Assembly: GCF_037042905.1 (NCBI RefSeq)
Contig: NC_087250.1
Span: forward strand, 16,494,001-16,558,000
DNA from: Lytechinus pictus
Taxonomy: Eukaryota
Direction of reading: 5' to 3'
DNA: 64,000 nt
Part shown: piece by piece, positions 13,741 to 24,586 of the stretch
How the letters are laid out: every line of letters begins with the position of its first letter
Position numbering within the stretch: the stretch's first letter is position 1
Notes under the pieces: generated by a model
Seen by the model: only the letters and a program-made list of their open reading frames with translations
What the model was told of the DNA's origin: nothing
Databases searched by the model: none
Program-made: the position numbers and the translations under genes

Positions 13741-15650
13741 AATAATGGGGATAGATTATCTCCTTGCCTTGCTCCTATATTAAATTCAAAGAGCTCAGAC
13801 CGTTGTCCATTGCTCATAACACAAGATTTTGCGTTTTCATACATATTTTGGATCACTTTGAGAATTTTGCCATTAATGTTATACTTAAGTATTTTTGACC
13901 ACAATAAATTTCTTTTTACAGAATCGAATGCTTTCTTATAATCAATGAATGCGCAATAAATTATTTTATTTTGAGAAAGATAAATATCTATCAGACTGTA
14001 AATAGTAAATATATGATCTTAGAGTACAATAATCCTCACGAAATCCTGCCTGTTCTTCACTCATCAGGTTGCAAATATCAAAATATAAAGAAATTCGTTT
14101 ATTCAAAATAGATGTGAACAGTTTACCTAATCAACTTAACAACGTAATTGGACGATAGTTATCTGGTTCTTTCACTGAACCCTTCTTTTTGTATATTGGG
14201 CAAAGGATACCTAATGTCCAGTCTGTGGGAACTTTGCCACAGTCCAGTATTAAGTTAAACAGCTTTGTGAGCAGTTTAATCATCGGTCTGCTACTGTACT
14301 TTATCATTTCATTTAATACTAAATCATCACCGGATGATTTGTTATTTTTAAGCTTATTTAATTGATTTTCTATTTCCTCTTCTAAAATTGGATAATTCAG
14401 TTTAAGGCTGAAACAATTTGCTTCATTAGGTGGTGATTCCTCATCTATATAGTGCGCTTGTCTCCAACATCGTCTCCTTTATTCAGTAATTCAAAAAAAT
14501 CTTTGAAAGAATTAATAGATACATTTGCGCAATTGTTTGGCTTAGAATTCGCATTGTTAAGATATTTCCCAAAGGTCGCCGATGTTATTATTTTTTACTT
14601 TCCTCAAATTGTCATGAAGGTCAGAAACATATTTTGACTTTTTCTTCTTTAAAACTGTTTTGTATTGTTCGCGTAAGGTATTCAAAACTAATTCCATTTC
14701 CATTTTCATATTTTCATCTTTACATTTTTTTTATTTTGTTTCTTAGATTTAAGAAATTCTTTCTCAAGTTCATGCATTCTTTATCAAACCAAGGCTTCAT
14801 TTTCGGAGATGCAGTGGTAATAGTCGTGCCAGTTTTTTTCTGCCGTGACATACCACATACAGTTGCAGACTTAAAATATACTTGTTTTATTTGATTTACT
14901 ATATCATTGACAGATTGAATACTAGTTTGGGGCTTATTTCTAATAACCTCTATCATTTCTATTATTTTGTTTATTTCATCTTCATCTAAGGAGTGTGCAA
15001 ATGTGTGAGTTGTTTCTGAATTCCATTTATAATATTTCTTTTCGAGTGAGAATCATAATCGCTATTGGTGTAATGACTCTTCTCTTCTGAAAAATATTCT
15101 TTTCTTAACATATTTCAAGGAAACAAATATTGACTGTGTTTATCTGACATACATTTTTCAAAGTTGTCAACAGTAAAGTCTTCAATATGATCAATGAAAT
15201 TTGCAGAGACAATACAATAGTCAACTGTGCTTGCCTCGGCGCAGGTTAATGCACCTGCCAAAATCTTTTCCAAAACGACCATTTACAATGTGCATGTCAG
15301 TAGCTTGACATAGATTAATCAGTTTGCAACCGTTAGCATTTACAAACTTGTCTTCGTTAGATCTGGGTGGATAAGAACAAGTTAAGGGCATGTCTGCATT
15401 TTCTGCCGACAAAACGACATTAACAGAAAAGGTATATTAGAGTCATCATCTTTAATATAATCTATTAGTGAACCCGATCTTGCGTTGAAATCTTCTATCA
15501 AACAAACTGGCAATCCCAAGGTACCATTAATTTTCATCAAATCATATATAATATCTTCAAATAAATCATCATCATAGTATTTAGAGTTTTCGTGATGCAC
15601 GTGTAAACACGGTAATTGTTGTATACGCGTTGTATATTTCACGCATTCAC
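13741..15650 (-). mobile_element. RTE-X-like LINE, 5' half (AP-endonuclease remnant and RT N-terminal part), degraded
   Basis: Fragments DFNARSG, NGCKLINLC...IVNGRFG, VDYCIVS, PWFDKEC, NYRPITLL, AFIDY.KAFDS and GARQGDNLSPLLF. The last joins IFIND at 5247 once the BEL element is removed. Confidence 0.8.
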
Positions 15651-15932
15651 GCACACGTCCTAACCTAAACTATTGAATAAGATCTCATATTTAATAGCAA
15701 ATTTTGTACAGTAGCCTATGGGATGTTTGTCGGATGTTGGTCCTTTTTGGGGATACGCTCTGATACTGCACAGTCAATAGATGCAGATACAAAATTGTAT
15801 GCATTGCTAAACTCTGTATAGATGACAATTCTCAATATTTCACACACATGGAAGCTGCCGTTCACCAGCACGCATTCTGCACCCATATCTGTGTAACAGC
15901 AACATAATTGTATATACCCTTGCAAAATCGGA

Positions 15933-16143
15933 ATGGCGACTCATGCATGGACATCAATCTGTCAGAACTTTGTTCACTACAAACGATGTTACGACGTTTT
16001 TGAAAAAAGGTCGGGCAAGATCGATCTGTACAACAACTGGGCAAAAGAGGAATTTTCTAGAGTTGCTGAAGATATTTGTGGCAGGAGGAGGAATCCAGGC
16101 ATTCGGAACCCGATTTGTACTTTGGGAATAGGCAGCGGGAAGG
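15933..16143 (+). CDS. HNMT-like methyltransferase, coding exon 1
   Basis: MATHAWTSICQNFVHYKRCYDVF...ICTLGIGSGK carries SAM-binding motif I and parallels the HNMT N-terminus (ILSIGGGAG). Donor G|GTAAGC at 16144, phase 1. Confidence 0.8.
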
Positions 16144-16747
16144 GTAAGCAAATATCAAGTACACAGCCAATCCGGCACACCGAAAGCAGATTATTCTTTT
16201 TTGAGAAACAAAGGAATAAGTGATTTGATAAATAAAAAAGAATCACAGTCAAACGTAGCTAGCGTAAACATATACCCATGCGATACTTTTATTTCTGCGA
16301 CGAGTGATTTTTTGTCTCACCGGCATAGCAGAGTGAGACTATAGGCGCCGCGCCGCTTTTCCGCTAATTTGTGTTATCTATGAATAAATTCCAACTTCTG
16401 CAAGTATTGCTACATGTAAGTGGCTGCACCTTTTGTTAATTCGTGACACATTTCTCAACCATTTAAATTGGACACTCTGAATTTCATTTCTCAAGTACTA
16501 TTACCTTTTACAAGCTCCGCTGAATGACAGCTTTTCAAAGTTGACGGTAAAAGCGCCCCATACCCCCGAACCATATAAGAGTATTTGCTTTATTAAAGAG
16601 TCAAATATTCATGATGAGGTTTTTATATATGGGAAGATTGTAATAATTTTCTTTAAAAATGCATTTAAGTATAGTGAGACCAGGCGCGGATCCATGGGGG
16701 GGGGGGGGGGGCCGAGGGGACCTTGGCCCCCCCCCCCCCCCTTCGGC

Positions 16748-17512
16748 AAAAAAAAAAGAAGAGAGGGAAAGAAAGAGAAAAGAGAGGGGAAAGAAAAGAA
16801 GAAAGGAAGAGGGGGAAGAAGGAAAGAAAAAAGAGAGAGGAAAAGGGGGGGAAAGAAAAGAAGAAAAGGGAAGAGGGGGAAGGAAAGGAAGGAAAAGGGG
16901 AAAGAAAGAGAAGGAAAAAGAGAGGGAAAGGAAAAGGAGAAAAAAAAGAGAGAGAGGGGAAGAGGGGAAAGGAAGAGAAGAAAAAGAGAGAGAGGAAAAA
17001 GAGGAGAAAAGGAGAAAAAAGAAGAAGAGAAGAAAAGGGAGGGGGAAGGAGAGGGGGAAGAAAAAAGAGGAAGAGTGGAAAAGAAAAGGAGAGAGAGGAA
17101 GAGGGAGGAAAGAAGAGAAGAAAAAAGAGAGGGGAAAGAAAAGAAGAAAAAAGAAGAGGGGAAAGAAAAGAAGAAAAAAGGGAGGGGGTGGGGGAAGAAA
17201 AAAGAGGAAGCGGGGAAAGAAGAGGGGGGGAAGAGAGAGGAAAAAGGGAAAGGAAAAGGAGAAAAAGGAGAGAGAGGAAAAGGGAAGAAAGAAGAGAAAA
17301 AAAGAGAGAGAAGGGGGGAGAAAAGGGGAAAGGAAGAGAAGAAAAGGGAGGGGGAGAGGGGGAAGAAAAAAGAGGAAGAGGGGAAAGAAAAGGAGAAAAA
17401 GGAGAGAGGAAGAGGGAGGAAAGAAGATAAAAAAAGGAAAAAATGAAAAGAAGAAAAGGGGAGAGGAAGAGGGGAAGGACGAGAAGAAAAAAAGAGGAAG
17501 AGGAGGAAAGAA
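16748..17512 (+). repeat. Polypurine (G/A) low-complexity tract, ~760 bp
   Basis: Almost exclusively A and G on +. It generates stop-free K/R/E/G and F/S/L/P pseudo-ORFs. Confidence 0.95.
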
Positions 17513-19215
17513 AATGATGTTCGAACCAAAAGGGCGCCGAAATGATGTTCGAATGAATGTCAAAATGATGTTCGAACTGGGGGCGCCAGATTGATACTCG
17601 AACTAGGGGGGGGGGGCCGAATCGATGTTCGAACTAGGGGGACGCCAAATTGATACTCGAACTAGGGGGGCTCAGAATTGATGTTGGAACTAGGGGGCGC
17701 CAAAATGATACTCGAGCAAGGGGGGGGGGCGAAATGATATTCGAACTAGGGGCGCCAAATTGATGTTGGACCTACATGTAGGGGCGCCGAATTGATATTC
17801 GAACTAGGAGGGCGCCGAAATGATGTTCGAAGGGATGTTAAAATGATGTTCGAACTGGGGGCGCCAAATTGATACTCGAACTAGGGGGGGGGGGGAGGGG
17901 GCCGAATCGATGTTCGAACTAGGGGGACGCCAAATTGATACTCGAACTAGGGGGGCTCAGAATTGATGTTGGAACTAGGGGGCGCCAAATTGATACTCGA
18001 GCTAGGGGGGCCGAAATGATATTCGAACTAGAGGCGCCAAATTGATGTTGGACCTACATGTAGGGGCGCCGAATTGATATTCGGAACTAGGAGGACACCG
18101 AAATGATGTTCGAAGGGATGTTAAAATGATGTTCGAACTGGGGGCGCCAAATTGATACTCGAACTAGGGGGGGGGGAGGGGCCGAATCGATGTTCTAACT
18201 AGGGGGACGCCAAATTGATACTCGAACTAGGGGGGCTCAGAATTGATGTTGGAACTAGGGTGCGCCAAATTGATACTCGAACTATGGGGCGCCAAATTGA
18301 TGTTGGACCTACATGTAGGGGCGCCGAATTGATATTCGATCAAGGAGGGCGCCAAAATGATGTTCGAAGGGATGTTAAAATGGTGTTCGAACTGGGGGCG
18401 CCAAATTGATACTCGAACTAGGGGGGAGGGGGCGAATCGATGTTCGAGCTAGGGGGGCGCCAAACTGATACTCAAACTAGGGGGGCGCCAAATTGATGTT
18501 CGAACTAGGGGGGCGCCAAATTGATACTCGAGCTAGGGGGCGAAATGATTTTCGAACTAGGGAAACCAAATTCAGTTCGAAGGGATGCCAAAATGATGTT
18601 CGAACTGGGGGTCGAATTGATGTTCGAACGGGGGGGGGGGGGCGAATTGATGATCGACCTACATGTAGGGGCGCCGAATTGATACTCGAACTAGGGGGGG
18701 GGCGCCGAATCGATGTTCGAACTAGGGTCACCACATTGATGTTTGAACTAGGGGGCGCCGAATTGATATTCGAACTAGGGGCGCCAATTTGATGTTCCAA
18801 CTGGGGGCGCCAAATTGATGTTCGACCTAGGGAGGCCAAATAGATGTTCGACGTAGGGGGGCGCCAATTGAATATTCGAACTAGGGTCGCCAAATTGATG
18901 TTCGAACTAGGGGGCGCCGAATCGCTATTCGAACTTGGGGCGCCAAATTGATGTTCGAACGAGGGGGCGCCAAATTGATGTTCGAACTAGGCGGCGCCAA
19001 AATGACGTTCGAACTATGGGGCGCCGAATTGATGTTTGAACAAGGGGGAGGGGGCGAATTAATTTTCGAACTAGATGGGGGCGCCAAATTGATGTTTGAA
19101 CTGGGCGGGGCGCCAAATTGATGTTCGAACTAGGGGAGCGCCGAATTGATGTTCAAACTAGCGGGGCGCCAAATTGATGTTCGAACTAGGGGAGCGCTAA
19201 TTTGATGTTTGACCA
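17513..19215 (+). repeat. ~27-30 bp minisatellite (GGGGGCGCCAAATTGATGTTCGAACTA) with ~260-350 bp higher-order blocks
   Basis: Dozens of tandem variants. The marker GACCTACATGTAGGGG recurs near 17770, 18051, 18307 and 18656. Confidence 0.92.
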
Positions 19216-19562
19216 TAAGGCGACATGTTTCAGAAGGGGGAGGGCAAAGTGATATTTCACATGGTGCCAAATTCATGTTCAACCGAGGGCGCCAAATTGA
19301 CCTTGACCTTAGGGGGCTCCATGCAAATTCATGTTCGACCAGGGGCGCAACATTGCTCGTATTGCCTGTTTATAGTGAAATTTATTTCCTGCCCAAAAAG
19401 GTTAAATTGATGCGGCTGATTTAAAATATCCTGTTTTTACGATAATAGACAAAAATCAATGTGCTCGAGTTTGAAGTTTGTTTGGCAAAATAGGTAACCT
19501 GTTCAGGGTCAGAAAAGGGGTAAATATCAAATTCAGCTGGCGCTACGCGCTCGCAATATTTG

Positions 19563-19641
19563 CAGGGGCGGATCCAGCTTTCGCCAATAGGGGGCCGAAA
19601 AATATTTTTATCAACATTTTTCTCGATTGGCCGCTATAATC

Positions 19642-19675
<34 letters not shown>

Positions 19676-20635
19676 GGGGGGGGGGGTTCAGGGGGTAGTC
19701 CTAACTAGAGACTGAAGTTTTAAGTATATGTTAGTTTTTATTGTTATAAACAAGATAGGGTATCTCATGTGGTCTTAATATATAATGCGAGCGCGAAGCG
19801 CGAGCTCAAATTCTTTGATATGTTATGTCCTTAGACCTGAAGATTCTGAGGAGATTTTATAATCATGAAAAAGATAAGTTCCAACTAAACAATGCGAGCG
19901 CGAAGCGCGAGCCGAAATTTTATCATAGTAACGTGAAAAGAGACTCAATTAGGACTGTTTTTAGTGATTAATGAAGAGGATACAAGTATCACCAATTAAA
20001 TAATGAGAGTGCGGAGCGCGAGCTCAAAATTTTTGATATTCCGACCTGAAAACTCGACAGTCTAAGCGCGTTTTTATTTAAATACAGAAAAAGCTGTGTG
20101 TCTCAAACAATTAAATGCGAGCGCGAAGCACAAGCTCAATTTTTTATATACTAACATGATAAAGGAGCATTTTGACAAATTTTGGTAAGAATTCCAAAAA
20201 GGATAGGTAACTCACAAATCAAACAATGCGAGCGCGCAGCGCGAGCTGAAAATTTTGATATAAACAATTTGTGTAAAACAAACAAAATAATTAAAGCTTG
20301 ATGTGCGAGCTAAAATATTGTGTGCAAATTGATTTCAGATCTGGATATATAAGTGTCATTTAATCCTCTTGAATGGGATTCAGTGGCACAGGCAATGCGA
20401 GCGCGAAGCGCGAGCGAAATATTTTATATAAAGTTCTTTTTCCAATTCTTCCCCTTACCCTTTTCTTGTTTCCTTTCGGGGTCGGGCCGGCCGATACGAG
20501 GTTGTAAATTACACATCCTGGGTATGATTTAGTGTTTTCTTTAGTGTTTTTCCTATAGTACACTTTTTCTGCAGGTTGTCAAAAATGGGGGGGGGGGGCC
20601 GGGGCCGGCTCGGCCCTTTCCTGGATCCGCGCCTG
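19563..20635. mobile_element. Non-autonomous CAGG-terminus DNA transposon with 5-bp TSD ATTTG
   Basis: CAGGGGCGGATCCAG ... CTGGATCCGCGCCTG, with ATTTG at 19558-19562 and 20636-20640. An uninterrupted version of the host motif (GCAGTATTTGATTAGTGAG) is at ~24107-24125. Confidence 0.75.
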
Positions 20636-21027
20636 ATTTGATTAGTGAGGTGTGTATCCTCTCCATCGATCACACGTACATAAGTCCTTAAAATGTTAGT
20701 GTTTTTCAAGTCAATATACATAGGCCGATCCAGGGGGCAAAGTTTTTGCCCCCCCCTGGTGGCGCAAAAAAAAGGAAGGAAAAAGAAAAAAAAAGACGAA
20801 GAGAAAAAGGAAAAACTTTTAGAATAGGAATTATACCTTAAAAGAGTCCTTCTTAAGTCAGTATATAAAAAAAATGAGCTCGCGCTACGCGCTCGCATCA
20901 CTGTTTAGTTATATACGCATCCCGACCTCACAGGTTTTTTTTTATGCGAACGAGAAGCACAAGCTGAAAATATTTTATATTCTAATCTAACAACTGAAAA
21001 AGCTTCGCGCTCGCATTCATTTCTTAA

Positions 21028-21527
21028 AGGACAAGTCCACCCCCCCCAAAAAAAAAATGTTGATTTGAATAAATAGAGAAAAATCAAACAAGCATTATGC
21101 TGAAAATTTCATCAAAATCGGACGTAAAATCAGAAAATTATGACATTTTAAAATTTTGCTTATTTTTCACAAAACAGTGATATGCACAACTCAGTGACAT
21201 GCAAATGAGACAGTCGATAATGTCCCTCACTCACGAATTCCTTTGTTTTTAATTGTTAGAGTTTTACAATATTTCATTTTTTACATATTTTACAATATGA
21301 ACCAACTTGATTGAACCATTTAGTATTAAACAATGCTAATTGCTCATGTTCAGGGAGGAATTAATCGTTGTTTCACACGACAACAGAGAAAAATGGAATA
21401 TTCCATATTTCATATACTAAAATATAAAAAGAAGTAGTGAGTGAGTGATGTCATCAGTCTCCTCATTTGCATACCGACAAGGATGTGAATATAACTGGTT
21501 TGTGAAATTAAGCGAAACTTTAAAATG
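21028..21527. mobile_element. Kolobok-like MITE, one end missing
   Basis: Starts TTAA|AGGACAAGTCCACC; same family as 32732-33334. Confidence 0.65.
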
Positions 21528-21669
21528 TTGTTGGCCTACCTATTATCTTTGTGTATTTCCTATAAGATTCTCAAAATATTCCTTTTCAGGTGTCTCGATT
21601 GTCAAAATGAAGGCCTATGAGCTAGCGATGTGCGCTCGCATTTTTATTGGTGATTTCTGTATACCTATA

Positions 21670-24586
21670 CAGTGGCGTAACTACCAGGGGGCATGGGGGG
21701 CACGTCCCCCCCCCAAAAAAAAAAAATTATTGTTTATTATAATGTTATATTACATCATAATTATTTTACATAAGAAGCATTTTTTCATGACTTTATGAAA
21801 CAGTTTGCTCAGGGCCTATGTCTTCATTGTTCCTGGTGCTCGCGTGGACTGTTTAACGAGATGTATAATCCTGTTGTACTAAAACCTCCCGTTTTCAAAT
21901 CAATATACACCAAATATATTTCCTCACATTTCGAGTTATTATTGTTTTATGTAGTGACATTTGCTTCTTTTTCATGACTACTTAAAGTGATTGCCCAATT
22001 TTAGGGTCTTAATATAAAACATTTCCTGTCCATGCTTACGTTCGCATTAGTTGATTGGTGGGTGCCAGGTAAAAATGGCAGAGGTAATAATGGCAGAGGT
22101 AAAAATGGCAGAGGTAAAAATGGCAGAAATAAAAATGGCAGAGGTAATAATGGCAGAGGTAAAAATGGCAGAGGTAAAAATGGCAGAGGTAAAAATGGCA
22201 GAGGTAAAAATGGCAGAGGTAAAAATGGCAGAGGTGAAAATGGCAGAGGTAAAAATGTCAGAAGTAAAAATAGCAGAGGTAATAATGGTAGAGGTAAAAA
22301 TGGCAGAGGTAAAAATGGCAGAGGCAAAAATGGCAGAGGTAAAAATGGCAAAGGTAAAAATGGCAGAGGTAATAATGGCAGAGGTAAAATGGCAGGGGTT
22401 ATAATGGGAGGGGTAAAAATGACAGCTCTAGGTAAAATATGGCCAGTCTTAAACCCCCATGCAATGAATTGTCAAAATGCCCCCGCATGTAAAATCCTGA
22501 AGATTTTTCCACATTTTAACATTGGTACAGATCCATTTAAACAAATGACGATATAACTGTCGAAAAATATTTCCGCTTGAGTGAGCACCACTTACTTTTG
22601 AAAAGTTATTGAAAAATGGGGTACCGGTTTGTTAAAAAGCCGAGAAAAAAAAGTTTTCAATCCAAAATGAAAGGGGATTTGGTTAAGGGGGAAAATTACA
22701 CAAAAATTATTTCAACTAAATGAAGTTCTTTTAGGTCAGAAAACGAATTACAATAAAAATAATAACAATTAGATAATAAACAATGTTTTTTTTTCTGTTT
22801 GAAAAATAAAAGATTTGTATCAAATCTCTACATTTTAGCATACCAAGCTAATTACCAAGAGGGTGCTGCTTATGGTGTACAAAATACCCAACAGTACTTC
22901 CGCTTCCAAGGGTTATGACCATCAAGGCGTTTATATCATATTGGATGCAGTGGTTAAGGTTCAGGGTCTTCTTTTATGCAAAGAATCTGAACCAGACGGT
23001 CCCCTCGATCGACCCCAAATTGGTTTACCATTCAAAACAGGATTATTATTGATTTTCATAATCAGTTACATATTCAGTGCCAAGCCTGGGAACGCATGCT
23101 TATTGTCATTCAAATATTTAAAAAGAATAGTACAGACGACATTACAAATAAGGACATAATATTTATGTCCTCTTCCTCTTCCTCCTTTTTGCATCGGTAA
23201 ACCTGGCAATGACAATGACAATGACAATGATTTTATTTCTTTGACGGACCCTCCTGGGGGCATAGAAGAAATATAACAACTTACAACAATGGCAATAATA
23301 GGCATAAGAAAAAAAATACCAAGGTAACAAAAAAAAATAGATATAAAGAAACCAGCCAGACAAAAAGGAATGTTATGATATGATGAATGAGAATAGTGCA
23401 GTTTCATTTTGCTCCTGATAAATTGAATGAAAAAAAATCTGTCGTTTGATTTCTTTTTAAAAAGCGTTCACGGTACACCTCCAACGAATTCGTAAATAGC
23501 ATTGTTAGGCCGATGAAGACATAATGATGATGAAATGCCTAACCGTGACATGCACTTCTTATTTAATGTATGTACATGCGGGGGCTTTTTGACAATTCAT
23601 TGCATGGAGGTTTAAGACTGGCCATATTTTACCTAGAGCTGTCATTTTTACCTCTCCCATTATAACCCCTGCCATTTTACCTCTGCCATTATTACCTCTG
23701 CCATTTTTACATCTGCCATTTTTACCTCTACCATTTTTACCTCTGCCATTTTTTTTACCTCTGCCATTTTTACCTCTGCCATTATTACCTCTGCCATTTT
23801 CACTTCTGCCATTTTTGCCTCTGCCATTTTTACCTCTGCCATTTTTACCTCTGCCATTTTTACCTCTGTCATTTTTACCTCTGCCATTATTACCTCTGCC
23901 ATTTTTACCTCTATTTTTACATCTGCCATTTTTACCTCTGCCATTTTTACCTCTGCCATTTTTACCTCTGCCATTATTGCCTCTGCCATTTTTACACCGA
24001 GCCGATTGGTGAGATGTCTGCTCTTCATGAATTCCTAAAATCAGTTCTTAAAATGTCAATTTTTCTGATCTGAATATCAAAAAATTTTAGCTCGCGCTTC
24101 GCGCTCGCAGTATTTGATTAGTGAGATGCGTATGATAATCATGATTACTATGACAACAAAAAGTGCTTCATATGTTTAGATGTAATTCTAACAAAATCAG
24201 CAAAGGATGCCACTATCATTAGATGACTATGCTGAGATATTTATACTCTTAATGGATACCTAAAATAAAGTCCTTAAAATGTCCCTGTTTGGGGTCAATA
24301 TATACAAAAATTTCAGCTCGCGCTTCGCGCTCGCATTGTTTGTTTAGCGAGACAGGTACGTATCACGATTACAAACAATTTGCTTATAATGTCTCTTTTT
24401 GGTCTGAATATCAAAAATTTTCAGCTCGCACTTTGCGATCGCATTATTTAATCAGTGACATACTTATCCGTTTAATGGCATTGCATGTTAGGTCAGCATA
24501 CCTGGCAACTGAGCGCGCTCCCTAAGTGACACCAAATTTGTGGTGGTGCCCCCCCCCCCAATGCCGTGACCCACGGTACGTCACTG
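21670..24586. mobile_element. Non-autonomous hAT-type element; 8-bp TSD TACCTATA
   Basis: CAGTGGCGTA ... TACGTCACTG, with TACCTATA at 21662-21669 and 24587-24594. Confidence 0.88.
22061..24003. mobile_element. Foldback transposon with 15-bp tandem-repeat TIRs (TU-element-like); 8-bp TSD GATTGGTG
   Basis: (AAAAATGGCAGAGGT)n at ~22068-22400 is inverted at ~23660-23995. A non-repetitive inner IR lies at ~22420-22491 and ~23573-23645. GG...CC ends; GATTGGTG at 22053-22060 and 24004-24011. Confidence 0.88.

Noticed and set aside
16307..16365. TTTTTGTCTCAC...GTGAGAC stem resembling a Helentron-type 5' end
   Set aside because: Too short, with no identifiable 3' end.
16541..17594. Five overlapping 235-320 aa ORFs (K/R/E/G-rich or F/S/L/P-rich)
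   Set aside because: Artefacts of the polypurine tract, which lacks stop codons in most frames.
17513..19215. CRISPR-like appearance of ~28-bp repeats (also 29030-29490, 36510-37040, 56843-57148)
   Set aside because: Units are directly tandem without unique spacers, no cas genes are present, and the context is eukaryotic.
16681..20635. Pairing the left TIR at 16681 with the TIR at 20635
   Set aside because: The flanks do not match. The 8-bp TSD pairs 16681 with 26577, and 20635 pairs with 19563.
22001..24028. ORFs with (MAEVK)n, (GKNGR)n and (LPLPF)n repeats
   Set aside because: Translations of the 15-bp TIR satellite, open in several frames and on both strands.
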